A stretch of 64,000 nt of DNA from an uncultured Opitutia bacterium (GTDB lineage Bacteria; Verrucomicrobiota; Verrucomicrobiia; Opitutales; Opitutaceae), in the NCBI GenBank assembly GCA_903855985.1, contig CAIOAO010000043.1, positions 8,603 to 72,602 of the forward strand, read 5' to 3'. Positions 8,623-22,992 of the stretch are shown here, in pieces. Within the stretch, counting starts at the first letter, position 1. Each line of letters starts with the position of its first letter. Made by a program: the position numbers and the translations under genes. Below the pieces are notes generated by a model that was not told where the DNA came from, did not search any database, and saw only the letters and a list, made by a program, of their open reading frames with translations.

Positions 8623-10139
8623 CCTTTGAGCTTCTTCTTCAGCGCCGCCTGGGTCAGCCCGAGCTCGGCGGCGGCGGCCTTGAGGTCGCCGTTGGTCGCG
8701 GCGAGCGTGCGCTGGATCATTTCCGACTCCAATCGCGCGAGCAGCGGCGGCTGGCCGTGACGCAGGTTGGCGTGGAGAAAATCGAGGGCGCGCTCGGGTG
8801 TCAGTGCGGGTTCACCGGCGGCGATGCTCTCCGCGGCGATCTTGGCGCTGGCGAGCGCGACACTCTCCGCGTTGGCCGTCCGGATCGTGTCGAAGGGTGA
8901 GTCGCTGGCATCGGTCGGCGTGACGAACGTCGCCTCGGTGCTCGTGGCGTTGCGGATCTCCACCGGCAGGTCGTGAACGAGGATGGCGTCGCCCTGTGCG
9001 ATGATTGCGCTGCGGTAGACCACGTTCTCCAGCTCGCGCACGTTGCCGGGCCAGGGATAGCGCCCGAGCACGCCGAGCGCTTCGGCGGAGACTTTCGTGA
9101 CGCGCGTTTTGCGCTGCTTGGCGAGATTCTGCAGGAAAAAATCAATGATCGGCGGGATGTCCAGGGCGCGCTCGCGCAGGGCCGGCATCTTGATCCGCAC
9201 GACGTTGAGCCGGTAATAAAGGTCCTCACGGAAGGTCTTCGCCTTCACCATGGCCTCGAGGTCCTTGTTGGTCGCGGCGATGACGCGTACGTCGACCTTG
9301 ATGGTGTCGGTGCCGCCGACGCGCTGGATTTCGCCGGCCTGCAGGACGCGGAGGATTTTCGTCTGCGTCGCCGGCGCCATGTCGCCGATTTCATCGAGAA
9401 AGATCGTCCCGCCGTCGCAGAGCTCGAACTTGCCGAGGCGCTGGCCGGTGGCGCCGGTGAACGAGCCGCGCTCGTGGCCGAAGAGCTCGCTCTCAATCAA
9501 ATTGTCCGGGATCGCCGCGCAATTGACCGCAATGAACAACTTGGCCGCGCGGTGGCTGTGTTTCCAAATGGACCGCGCGACGAGCTCCTTGCCCGTGCCG
9601 CTCTCGCCCGTGATCATGACGGTGACGTCGCTGGCGGTGACCTGCCCGATGATCTTGAACACCTCCTGCATGACCGGGGAGCTGCCAACGATGCCCTCCT
9701 TGTAATCCTCGGTGTTGATGGCGGGCTTGTAGGCCCCCGCCGCCTGCAGGTCGGCGTGGGTCTTCAGCGCGGCTTCCGCCAGCGCGAGCACCTTCGGCGG
9801 GTCGAAGGGCTTCATGACGTAGTCGAAGGCGCCGTATTTCATCGCCTCGATGGCGGTCTGCGCCGTGCCAAATGCGGTCATCAACACCACGAGCTGCCGC
9901 GGGTTGGCGGAACGGATCAGCCGGAGCGCCTCGATGCCGCCCATGCCGCCCATGCGCACGTCGAGAAACACGAGGTCGGGCGTCGGCCCTTTTTTCACCA
10001 AGGCCAGACCTGCCTCGCCGCTGGCCGCCTCGGTCACCTTGTAGCCGCGCGACGAGAACACCCGCGTGAGCGAGTAGCGGATCTCGGTGTCATCATCGAT
10101 GATGAGGATGGACGGGGGCTTGGCGGTGGTTTCGGGCAT
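8619..10139 (-). CDS. sigma54-dependent response regulator (NtrC family)
   Basis: Receiver domain (ILIIDDD...DLVFLDVRM), AAA+ Walker [24 protein letters not shown], and a C-terminal HTH. Confidence 0.9.
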   Translation of the reverse strand: MPETTAKPPSILIIDDDTEIRYSLTRVFSSRGYKVTEAASGEAGLALVKKGPTPDLVFLDVRMGGMGGIEALRLIRSANPRQLVVLMTAFGTAQTAIEAMKYGAFDYVMKPFDPPKVLALAEAALKTHADLQAAGAYKPAINTEDYKEGIVGSSPVMQEVFKIIGQVTASDVTVMITGESGTGKELVARSIWKHSHRAAKLFIAVNCAAIPDNLIESELFGHERGSFTGATGQRLGKFELCDGGTIFLDEIGDMAPATQTKILRVLQAGEIQRVGGTDTIKVDVRVIAATNKDLEAMVKAKTFREDLYYRLNVVRIKMPALRERALDIPPIIDFFLQNLAKQRKTRVTKVSAEALGVLGRYPWPGNVRELENVVYRSAIIAQGDAILVHDLPVEIRNATSTEATFVTPTDASDSPFDTIRTANAESVALASAKIAAESIAAGEPALTPERALDFLHANLRHGQPPLLARLESEMIQRTLAATNGDLKAAAAELGLTQAALKKKLKG

Positions 10140-10211
10140 GAGCAGGGGAAAGGACCTTCCGGTGGCAAAAGAGCGCTGGCGCTTTCGTCCGGGCGGCTTT
10201 GATTAGTTTAC

Positions 10212-10973
10212 ATGTTTGGCTGGTCAATCAACTTGTTCCGCATCCGGGGTATCCAGCTCGCCGTGCACGCGAGCTTCTTCCTGCTGCTGGCATATTCCGC
10301 CTACGAGGGCTGGCAGGCCGGCGGTTGGGAGCAGCTGCTGTGGAGCGTGGGCATCCTGCTGGCGTTTTTCGTCTGCGTGGTGCTCCACGAACTCGGGCAC
10401 TCATTCACGGCGATGCACTTCGGCGTGGGTGTGCGGCGGATCCTGCTGCTGCCCATCGGGGGCATGGCGGAGTTTGACGCCATTCCCCGGCAACCCTCCC
10501 GCGAGCTGCTCATCACCCTCGCCGGCCCGGCGGTGAACTTCGCCCTCGCGGCCCTCCTGTGGGTCGTGGTGGGCGTGGCGGACGACGACTATCCGGCCAA
10601 CGCCGTGGGCTTTGGCCAGCTGCTGCTCCATGCCAACTTACTCATGGGCTGCTTTAATCTGCTGCCGGTTTTCCCGATGGACGGCGGCCGCATCCTGCGG
10701 GCGCTGCTGGCCACCCGGCTGCCTTACCTGCGCGCCACATTTTGGGCTGCGACGGTGGGCAAGGTGCTGGCCGTGATCGCCGGTTTGATCGCGGCGTTTG
10801 TCTTCCACAATTACCTCACGGCCTTTCTGTTCGCGTTCATTTACGCCGCCGGTGACGCCGAATACCGCGCCGTGCAGCGGCGAGAAATCGAGGACGCCCA
10901 CTGGCGGGCGATGGCGAACCGGCTGTATCCGACGCCCCCGGTGCTGGAGGAACCTCCCCTGCTGGGGCCCTGA
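10212..10973 (+). CDS. site-2 protease family (peptidase M50) membrane metalloprotease
   Basis: HELGH zinc motif and NLLPVFPMDGG motif, with multiple TM segments. Confidence 0.8.
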   Translation: MFGWSINLFRIRGIQLAVHASFFLLLAYSAYEGWQAGGWEQLLWSVGILLAFFVCVVLHELGHSFTAMHFGVGVRRILLLPIGGMAEFDAIPRQPSRELLITLAGPAVNFALAALLWVVVGVADDDYPANAVGFGQLLLHANLLMGCFNLLPVFPMDGGRILRALLATRLPYLRATFWAATVGKVLAVIAGLIAAFVFHNYLTAFLFAFIYAAGDAEYRAVQRREIEDAHWRAMANRLYPTPPVLEEPPLLGP

Positions 10974-10990
10974 CCGCCGGCCGCGGGCAC

Positions 10991-11022
10991 AAAAAAGCGC
11001 CTTCGGACCGGGCCGTGGCGCT
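10991..11022 (-). terminator. rho-independent terminator downstream of tRNA-Ala
   Basis: Reverse strand reads AGCGCC-loop-GGCGCT followed by TTTTT, directly 3' of the tRNA. Confidence 0.55.
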
Positions 11023-11031
11023 ATTCTAAAG

Positions 11032-11107
11032 TGGTGGACCCTAGCGGGTTCGAACCGCTGACCTCCTCAATGCCATTGAGGCGCTCTACCAACTGAGCTA
11101 AGAGCCC
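11032..11107 (-). tRNA. tRNA-Ala (anticodon GGC), CCA encoded
   Basis: Reverse complement is GGGCTCTTAGCTCAGTTGGTAGAGCGCCTCAATGGCATTGAGGAGGTCAGCGGTTCGAACCCGCTAGGGTCCACCA. It folds as a cloverleaf by hand, has the G3:U70 Ala identity pair and anticodon loop ATGGCAT. Confidence 0.92.
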
Positions 11108-11166
11108 TTTCCCACTTACGAGGGGTGAGGAAAATCAAAGTTCCCCGGGCGAACGCAAGGAGTTTT

Positions 11167-12063
11167 TTAACCCCCGTCTTCTTCCTTCATCCGGAAGGTC
11201 AGGCTGACGGTGTCGCCCTTCCAGGCACTGGGCGGGCTGACGCGCCGGTAACGTCGGATGTCGTCCATCACTGCCCGGTCAAATTCCTCACTCCCGGAAC
11301 CGCGGGTGATGCGCGCGCTGGAAATCGAGCCGTCGGTGTTGAGCCGGAACTCGGCGATGGCGAACACCGCGTCGCCCAGCCCGGGCGGTTTCTCGAGCCC
11401 ATCCTGGAGTCTTTGCTTCACGATCGCGAAATACGCGTCCAGCAGGTCGCCTTCCTCACGGGTCAGCGCCTTCCCGCCGGCGCCAGCCTTGCTGGCGGTG
11501 GAGCCGCCTACCACCCCGCCGGACACACCCTCGGTATCGATGTGCTTGACCCTGGGATTGCCGGCGCCGGCGACCTTGTTGGCCCGGTTCTGCCGGTCGA
11601 ACTCGGCCTTCGTCAGCCGCTTTTGCTCCGCCTCGCGCTCCTTTTTGATCTCCGCCTTCGCCCTCGATTCCGCGCGGATGATCTTTCGTTTGATCTGGTT
11701 GGAAAAATTCGGGGTCTTGGTCTCCTTCGTCTTCGGCGGGGTGACGGCCTTCTCGACCGGGGCCTTGGTCACAACGGGCTCGGGTTCCGGGGCCGGGGCC
11801 ACGGGGACGGGAGCGGCCAGCTTGACGGGTTCGGGCGCGGGGGCCGGGGGTTCGGGAATCGCGATCTTGATGCCGCCGGGTGTGCCCAGTGCCGGGGCCG
11901 CCGTGGCGCCGTAGTCGTCGCCCGCCCCGGCCACCAATTCCAGGATCTTGGGCGTTTCCTTGACGTGCGTCTGGGCCAGGTAGGCGAGGAAAACGACGAG
12001 CACCACGACCAGGCCGTGCAGGCTGGCGGAGAGAAAGAGGGCGCTGGGCGAACGGGCGGTCAT
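11167..12063 (-). CDS. tonB: energy transducer TonB
   Basis: N-terminal TM segment, Pro/Ala/Glu/Lys-rich linker, TonB C-terminal fold region; lies downstream of exbB-exbD. Confidence 0.75.
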   Translation of the reverse strand: MTARSPSALFLSASLHGLVVVLVVFLAYLAQTHVKETPKILELVAGAGDDYGATAAPALGTPGGIKIAIPEPPAPAPEPVKLAAPVPVAPAPEPEPVVTKAPVEKAVTPPKTKETKTPNFSNQIKRKIIRAESRAKAEIKKEREAEQKRLTKAEFDRQNRANKVAGAGNPRVKHIDTEGVSGGVVGGSTASKAGAGGKALTREEGDLLDAYFAIVKQRLQDGLEKPPGLGDAVFAIAEFRLNTDGSISSARITRGSGSEEFDRAVMDDIRRYRRVSPPSAWKGDTVSLTFRMKEEDGG

Positions 12064-12098
12064 GGCGGCACCGGATAGACGGACGGGGCGGCGAAAGC

Positions 12099-12533
12099 TT
12101 AGTTCGGCGACTGCGTGTCGAAGGTGAACTTCAGCAGGTTGCTCTTCTTCAGCTCGTCCATGAGCTGGATGACTTTCTCGTAGGGCAGTTTGGCGTCGCC
12201 GCGGATACGCATGACCGGCGGCTTCGACTCGGCGGCGTACCCGCGCAGGCGGATCTTGAGGTCGGCGTACGGCACGGCGGTGGTGCTGTTGTCGAGGTAG
12301 TAGTTGCCATACGCGTCAATCGAGATGGCGACAAAGCGCGCGTCCTTGTCCGGCTTCTGCTGCGGGCTGCGGGACTCGCTTGGCAGGTTCACCGGGATCG
12401 TCTGCTCCTGCTGGATCAACGGCGTCGCGATCATGAAGATGATCAGCAGCGTGAAGCCGAGGTCGATCAGGTTGGTGACGTTGAGCTCCGAGATCGGGGC
12501 CGCGGTCTGTCTCCGGCGAAAGGTCCGTGCCAT
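12099..12533 (-). CDS. exbD: biopolymer transport protein ExbD/TolR
   Basis: Only the last 144 codons of ORF 12099..13181 are credible. The ATG at 12533 gives MARTFRRRQTAAPISELNVTNLIDLGFTLLIIFMI. Confidence 0.85.
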   Translation of the reverse strand: MARTFRRRQTAAPISELNVTNLIDLGFTLLIIFMIATPLIQQEQTIPVNLPSESRSPQQKPDKDARFVAISIDAYGNYYLDNSTTAVPYADLKIRLRGYAAESKPPVMRIRGDAKLPYEKVIQLMDELKKSNLLKFTFDTQSPN

Positions 12534-12541
12534 GGCGGGTC

Positions 12542-13246
12542 CTATTTGCTCTCCAGCTCGATGCGGTCGGCGAGTTCGCTGGCGAAGTTTTCCAGCTCGG
12601 TGATGAGCTGCTTGGACTTGCCGAGCAGGAAGTTGTAGCCGAACACCGACGGGATGGCGACCAGCAGGCCGGCGATGGTGGTGAGCAGCGCGGCCGAGAC
12701 GCCGGGGGCGAGGGTCTTGATGCTCGCGGACTCCTGCACGGCGACGGCGCTGAACGCCTCCATGACGCCCCACACCGTCCCGAGCATGCCGAGGAACGGC
12801 GCGCCGGTCACGATGGTGGCGAGGAAGATCATGCTCGATTCGTAGCGCAGCGTCTGGCGCGAGAGCGCGCGCTGCAGGGCGTTCTCCGTGTGCTCGAGGC
12901 GGGCGCGGTTGTCCGTCTGCCCCTTCTCCTTCTCGATGGCGGTGGAGCGCCAGTAGCTTTCGATGGCGTCGGAAAACAGGTCGGCGTACGGGATCGACCG
13001 CTTGTTGCGGAAGGACTCCGGCAGGTCGAGCACGGCGCGCTGGTCGTGGAGGTGCGCCTCGAACGCGTGGTTCAGCTGGCCGAGGCGCTTCAGCTCGAAG
13101 TGCTTTCCGATCATGACCGACCAGGCGAAGATGCTGACGACGCCCAGGCCGGCGGTGATCACCTGGCCGACGGCGTCGCACCGGGCGAAGACTTCAATGA
13201 GGTTGGTCGTCGCGAGGACGGGTGAGAAAAGATGAAGGGCGGACAT
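12542..13246 (-). CDS. exbB: MotA/TolQ/ExbB proton channel protein
   Basis: ORF 12542..13339 with internal ATG at 13246. C-terminal half GAPFLGMLGTVWGVMEAF...TTIAGLLVAIP is typical of ExbB. Confidence 0.85.
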   Translation of the reverse strand: MSALHLFSPVLATTNLIEVFARCDAVGQVITAGLGVVSIFAWSVMIGKHFELKRLGQLNHAFEAHLHDQRAVLDLPESFRNKRSIPYADLFSDAIESYWRSTAIEKEKGQTDNRARLEHTENALQRALSRQTLRYESSMIFLATIVTGAPFLGMLGTVWGVMEAFSAVAVQESASIKTLAPGVSAALLTTIAGLLVAIPSVFGYNFLLGKSKQLITELENFASELADRIELESK

Positions 13247-13286
13247 CGCGCCAAAGAGTTGGAGGGTTTGCGGGACGCATTCAACG

Positions 13287-13306
13287 GAAATTCCGGCCCG
13301 AATTTC
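13287..13306. promoter_or_regulatory. 7-bp inverted repeat GAAATTC-N6-GAATTTC in the exbB / kinase divergent region
   Basis: Read directly: GAAATTC at 13287-13293 and GAATTTC at 13300-13306. Confidence 0.4.
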
Positions 13307-13374
13307 GCCCGGCCACCGGCGATTCTGTTTGCCGCGCACGGCGCGGGATTTTTTCCTGACCCCTGCCGCCCACC

Positions 13375-14487
13375 ATGGACTTCAAAACCCGCACCCTGCA
13401 GGAACTGCGCGACCGCCGCGGCACCCTCGCCTCCAAGCAAACCCTCCTCGGCTTCGACGGCTTCGTCGATACCATCGTGACCCCGGTCGCCCTGCGCGCC
13501 GGCCAGGGCGAGAACTTCACGCCCATCACCACGATCACCGAGTTCGGCCAGCGCATTATCGGGGCCGCCGGCAAGAGTACGAACCTCGAGTTCTACCCGC
13601 GGATGGACAAGCTGGGCGGCAACGGCCCGATCATGGCCAACGCCCTGCTCGCCCACGGCGCCCAGGTGACCTACATCGGCGCGCTCGGGCGGACCACGAT
13701 CCACCCGGCCTTCGCGGATTTTGCCCAGCGGGCCAAGGTGGTGTCCCTGTGCGATCCGGCCGCGACCACCGCGGTCGAGTTCACCGATGGCAAGCTCATG
13801 CTCGGCATGATGCGCAGCCTGGATGAGATCACGCCGGCCAAGATCACGGAAGTCATGGGCGACGACGCCTACCGGGCCGCCCTCGGCGCCGCCGACCTCG
13901 TCGGCCTGGTGAACTGGACGATGATCCCGAACCTGACGTCGGTGTTCACCGATCTCGTCACCCGCGTCCTGCCGCGGGTGCCGGCCAAGCCGGGCCGCAT
14001 CTTCTTCTTCGACCTCGCCGACCCGGAAAAGCGCTCGTCCGCCGACCTCGCGTACGCGCTCGATACGATCGGCCAGTTCGAGCAGTTCGGCCGCGTCACG
14101 CTCGGGCTCAACCTGAAGGAGGCGCAACAGGTGTTCACCGCGCTGGGCTTCGGCTCCGAGACGGAAACCGAGAGCGGCCTGCGCGCCATGGCCCAGAAGA
14201 TTCGCGACCGCCTCGACCTCACCACCGTCGTAGTCCACCCCAAGGAATCCGCCGCCTGCGCCACCCGCGAGGGCACGTCCTGGGTCCCCGGCCCCTACTC
14301 GGCCAAACCGCTCATCACCACTGGCGCGGGCGATCATTTCAACGCCGGCTTCGTTGCCGCCCAGCTCATGGGCCTGACGCCCGAGGCGGCGCTCGGCCTC
14401 GGCGTCTGCACCAGCGGCCATTACGTCCGCACGGCCAAGAGCCCGTCGCTGGCCGATCTCGAAACCTTCCTCGCGAACTGGAAATAA
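13375..14487 (+). CDS. ribokinase-superfamily sugar kinase (PfkB / ADP-dependent kinase-like)
   Basis: KLGGNGPIMANAL and the C-terminal TTGAGDHFNAGF motif. Substrate unknown. Confidence 0.6.
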   Translation: MDFKTRTLQELRDRRGTLASKQTLLGFDGFVDTIVTPVALRAGQGENFTPITTITEFGQRIIGAAGKSTNLEFYPRMDKLGGNGPIMANALLAHGAQVTYIGALGRTTIHPAFADFAQRAKVVSLCDPAATTAVEFTDGKLMLGMMRSLDEITPAKITEVMGDDAYRAALGAADLVGLVNWTMIPNLTSVFTDLVTRVLPRVPAKPGRIFFFDLADPEKRSSADLAYALDTIGQFEQFGRVTLGLNLKEAQQVFTALGFGSETETESGLRAMAQKIRDRLDLTTVVVHPKESAACATREGTSWVPGPYSAKPLITTGAGDHFNAGFVAAQLMGLTPEAALGLGVCTSGHYVRTAKSPSLADLETFLANWK

Positions 14488-14505
14488 CCCGCTCATTCTC
14501 CCGCC

Positions 14506-15153
14506 ATGCCCCTGAAATCCAAACCCACTGGCAAACTCATCTCCTTCGAGGGCTCCGAAGGCAGTGGCAAGTCCACCCAGATTTCCCGCCTCGCCGCCCA
14601 CCTCCAGCAGAACGGCCGCGAGGTCGTCTCGACCCGCGAGCCCGGCGGCACCGAGATCGGCGAGCAGATCCGCAACATCATCGTCCATAATTCCAAGGGC
14701 GACGAGATGTGCGCCGAGACCGAGCTGCTCCTCTTCACCGCCGCCCGCGCGCAGGTCGTGCGCGAGGTCATCGCCCCGGCGCTGGTTCGCGGCGCCGTCG
14801 TTTTGAGCGACCGCTTCCTCGACTCGTCCACCGTGTACCAGGGCATCGGCCGCAACCTCGCCGCCGATCCGGTTTCCCGCATCAACCACTTCGCCGTGGG
14901 CAACGTCATGCCCGACCTGACCATCGTGATTGATGTGCCCACCGAGGTCGGCCTCGCCCGCATCCGCCAGCGCGCCTCCGACCTGCCCGACCGCATGGAG
15001 CGCGAGAACATCGATTTCTACAAAAAGATCCGCGAGGGCTACCTGTTGCTCGCCGCGGGCATGCCGGACCGCGTGGTCGTGATCGACGGCACCCTGAGCC
15101 CGGATACCATCGAGAAGAAAATCTGGACGATCGTGAAAGAGCGTCTGGGCTGA
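14506..15153 (+). CDS. tmk: dTMP (thymidylate) kinase
   Basis: ISFEGSEGSGKSTQ P-loop, TREPGGT, and DRF lid region. Confidence 0.9.
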   Translation: MPLKSKPTGKLISFEGSEGSGKSTQISRLAAHLQQNGREVVSTREPGGTEIGEQIRNIIVHNSKGDEMCAETELLLFTAARAQVVREVIAPALVRGAVVLSDRFLDSSTVYQGIGRNLAADPVSRINHFAVGNVMPDLTIVIDVPTEVGLARIRQRASDLPDRMERENIDFYKKIREGYLLLAAGMPDRVVVIDGTLSPDTIEKKIWTIVKERLG

Positions 15154-15171
15154 TCGGACCCCGCTAAGCCC

Positions 15172-20007
<4,836 letters not shown>

Positions 20008-20019
<12 letters not shown>

Positions 20020-20110
20020 CACGAAGGAGACGAAACACACGAAAACGTTGCACAGGCAAGGTTCTGAAAATTTTTCGTGTGCTTCGGGTAATTCGTGGTT
20101 TCCTCTCTGT
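20008..20110. repeat. large imperfect palindrome with arms made of three 9-bp periodic units (ACGAA / TTCGK)
   Basis: ACGAA at 20021, 20030, 20039 and TTCGT/TTCGG/TTCGT at 20074, 20083, 20092. The arms continue to TCTCTCTTT / TCCTCTCTGTT. It fills the hydrolase-mutS divergent gap. Confidence 0.8.
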
Positions 20111-20115
20111 TCTTC

Positions 20116-22671
20116 ATGCCGGCCGAGAAACTCACCCCGATGATGCAGCAGTATTTCGAGGTCAAACGCGGGCTGCCGCGCGACACGATCCTGCTCTTCC
20201 GGCTCGGTGACTTCTTCGAGATGTTCTTCGACGACGCCGTGGTCGCGTCACGCCTCCTCGGGTTGACCCTGACAAAGCGCCAGGACCACCCGATGGCGGG
20301 CATCCCGGCCCATTCTTGTGACAATTATGTCACCAAGCTGCTCGCGGCCGGGAAGAAGGTCGCCATCTGCGACCAGGCCGAGACCGCCCAGCCCGGGCGG
20401 CTCGTGAAGCGCCAGCTCACGCGCATCCTTTCGCCCGGCACCACCCTGGCCGCCAACCAACTCGACGCCGCCCGCAACCACTACCTCTGCGCCGTCACCC
20501 TGGATGCCCACGGCCTGCACGCCTCGTGGCTCGACCTCTCCACGGGCGAGTTCCGCATCGCAACCGACACCCACATCGCGAACCTGCTGCCCGTCCTCAC
20601 CGCGCTCGATCCCGCCGAGCTTCTGGTCATTGACGGCGCCCTCGCCCGCTGGGCGGCTGCGCCGCACGAGCAGGTTGAGGTCCACGCCCTGCACGCCTTC
20701 TGCACCTCACGGCTGGTCACGGAGCTGTCGGGCTATCATTTCGAGACCGCCACCGGCGCCAAGACCGTGATGGACACCCTCGGCGTGCTGAACCTGCAGG
20801 GCTTCGGCCTCGTTCATTCCCATCCCGCGCTCGGCCCGGCCGGGGCGCTCGTGTTCTACGCGACGGAAAACCTTTGCGCCAAGCCCGAGAATCTCCGCGG
20901 CCTGCAGGAATACCGCAGCGCCCGCACGCTCCTCCTCGACCCGGCTACGCTGCGCAACCTCGAGATCTTTGCCTCCATCCGCGGCACCCGCGAGGCGTCC
21001 CTGCTCGGCGCCATCAACCGCACCACGACCGCCCCGGGCGCGCGCCTGCTTGAGCGCTGGCTCGCTGCACCGACCCTCGACCTCGCCGAGATCAATCGCC
21101 GGCAATCCCTCGTCGGCGAACTCCTCGCCCAGCCTTCCCGCCTCGCCGCCCTGCGCGAACTGCTGGCGAGCGTCCGCGACATCCCGCGCATCCTCGGCCG
21201 CCTGCAGAACCGTCTCCGGAACCCGCGGGAGCTCGGCGGCGTGCGTGACACCCTCATGCAGATGCCCGCGCTGCAGGCCGAGCTGGCCGGCTTTGGCGGG
21301 ACCCTGGCCACCGGTTACCAGTCTCGACTCAGCGAACTGCCGGCGTTGCGCGACCTGCTCACGCGGGGTCTGGCGGAGGAGCTCCCCAACGACCTTGCTG
21401 AGGGCAATTACATCCGCAGCGGCTACGACCCGCGGCTCGACGAACTTCGCACCCTCACCAGCGGCAACAAGACCTGGCTCTCCGACCTCGAACGCGCCGA
21501 GCAGGAGCGCACCGGCATCCGCAGCCTGAAGGTCCGGTTCACGAACAATTTCGGGTATTACATCGAGGTCACCAAGGCCAATCTGCACCTCGTCCCCGCC
21601 GACTACATCCGCCGGCAGACCACGGTCAGCGGCGAGCGTTACGTCACCGAGGCGCTCAAGGCCAAGGAGAAGGAGATCTTCCACGCCGAGGAAAACGCCC
21701 TCGCCCGCGAGCTGGAGCTCTTCAACGCCCTTGTTGCCGCCATCCTCGATGAGTCCGTCGCCCTCGCCCAGACCGCTGACGCCGTGGCCGAACTCGATGT
21801 GCTCGCCGGCTGGGCCGTGCTCGCCCGCGAATGGAATTATTGCCGGCCCATCCTCGACGAGAGTGATGTCCTCGCCATCACCGAGGGCCGCCACCCCGTG
21901 GTTGAGCAGATGCTCAAGGCCCCCGACGCCGCCCTCGCACGCGGCACCAGCCAGGCGTTTGTGCCCAACGACACGCTGCTCGCGTGCAACGATGCCCAGA
22001 TCGCCCTCATCACCGGTCCCAACATGGCCGGCAAATCCACCTACATCCGCCAGGTCGCGCTGATCACGCTCCTCGCGCAGGTGGGCTGCTGGGTCCCGGC
22101 CAAGGCCTGCCAGGTCGGCCTCGTGGACCGCATCTTCTCCCGCGTCGGCGCCAGCGACGACCTCGCCCGCGGCAACTCGACGTTCATGGTCGAGATGAAC
22201 GAGACCGCCAACATCCTCAACAACGCCACCAGCCGCTCGCTCATCATCCTCGATGAAATCGGTCGCGGCACGTCCACCTATGACGGCCTCTCCATCGCCT
22301 GGGCGGTCGTCGAGCACCTGCACCGCGACGCCGAAGGCGGTCCGCGCACGCTCTTCGCCACGCATTACCAGGAACTCACCCAGCTGGAAAAACACCTGCC
22401 GCGCCTGCGCAATTTCTCCGTCGCCGTGAAGGAATGGAACGACGACATCGTCTTTGTCCGCCGCGTCATCCCCGGCGCCGCCGACCGCAGCTACGGCATC
22501 CAGGTCGCCCGCCTCGCCGGCCTGCCGTTGAGCGTGATTGACCGTGCCAAGACCATCCTCGGCAAGCTGGAGAGCGACGACACGAGTGTGTCCGTGCCTT
22601 CGCCCCAGGCGCGGCCCAAGAAGAAAATCACGGTCGCGCCGGCCGATGATTCGCAGCTTAATTTTCTCTAG
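20116..22671 (+). CDS. mutS: DNA mismatch repair protein MutS
   Basis: MPAEKLTPMMQQYFEVKRG..., Walker A GPNMAGKST, and TFMVEMNETANIL. Confidence 0.95.
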   Translation: MPAEKLTPMMQQYFEVKRGLPRDTILLFRLGDFFEMFFDDAVVASRLLGLTLTKRQDHPMAGIPAHSCDNYVTKLLAAGKKVAICDQAETAQPGRLVKRQLTRILSPGTTLAANQLDAARNHYLCAVTLDAHGLHASWLDLSTGEFRIATDTHIANLLPVLTALDPAELLVIDGALARWAAAPHEQVEVHALHAFCTSRLVTELSGYHFETATGAKTVMDTLGVLNLQGFGLVHSHPALGPAGALVFYATENLCAKPENLRGLQEYRSARTLLLDPATLRNLEIFASIRGTREASLLGAINRTTTAPGARLLERWLAAPTLDLAEINRRQSLVGELLAQPSRLAALRELLASVRDIPRILGRLQNRLRNPRELGGVRDTLMQMPALQAELAGFGGTLATGYQSRLSELPALRDLLTRGLAEELPNDLAEGNYIRSGYDPRLDELRTLTSGNKTWLSDLERAEQERTGIRSLKVRFTNNFGYYIEVTKANLHLVPADYIRRQTTVSGERYVTEALKAKEKEIFHAEENALARELELFNALVAAILDESVALAQTADAVAELDVLAGWAVLAREWNYCRPILDESDVLAITEGRHPVVEQMLKAPDAALARGTSQAFVPNDTLLACNDAQIALITGPNMAGKSTYIRQVALITLLAQVGCWVPAKACQVGLVDRIFSRVGASDDLARGNSTFMVEMNETANILNNATSRSLIILDEIGRGTSTYDGLSIAWAVVEHLHRDAEGGPRTLFATHYQELTQLEKHLPRLRNFSVAVKEWNDDIVFVRRVIPGAADRSYGIQVARLAGLPLSVIDRAKTILGKLESDDTSVSVPSPQARPKKKITVAPADDSQLNFL

Positions 22672-22684
22672 TTCGCCGCGTGCC

Positions 22685-22945
22685 ATGGTCTCCCCGTACC
22701 ATCCTTCACCGGGTGATGAAAACGCTCCCACCAACGTTCTCCTGCTGGCGGCCAAGGCCGATCCTTCATTCGGTGAGGAGCTGAGAAATATCCTCCGCCT
22801 GCCGGGCATCCAGCGTCGCGCGATGATCAACTCCGCGCTGGAGGCGATGCGAATCCAGCGCGCGGACCCGTTGCTGGTCCAGGCGGTGGCGTTGCTCGCC
22901 GATGACGCCGGCGTCGCCAGAATGCGCGAGCTGCTCCAGTCGTAG
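22685..22945 (+). CDS. hypothetical small protein (86 aa)
   Basis: Internal ATG of ORF 22538..22945, 14 nt after the mutS stop. Codon usage looks native. No motif recognised. Confidence 0.4.
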   Translation: MVSPYHPSPGDENAPTNVLLLAAKADPSFGEELRNILRLPGIQRRAMINSALEAMRIQRADPLLVQAVALLADDAGVARMRELLQS

Positions 22946-22992
22946 CATTCCACACCGCAGTGGGTCGGACCATGCGTCCGACGAGTCCGGGG

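Noticed and set aside
12534-13181. N-terminal 216 codons of track ORF 12099..13181, which would make a 360-aa ExbD.
   Set aside because: Only the last 144 codons look like ExbD, with an ATG at 12533. The extension overlaps exbB in another frame and is Arg/Pro-rich nonsense.
22538-22684. Overlap of track ORF 22538..22945 with the 3' end of mutS, considered as a possible frameshift or fusion.
   Set aside because: mutS ends normally at 22671 with a complete C-terminus. The small ORF has its own ATG at 22685 just after the stop.
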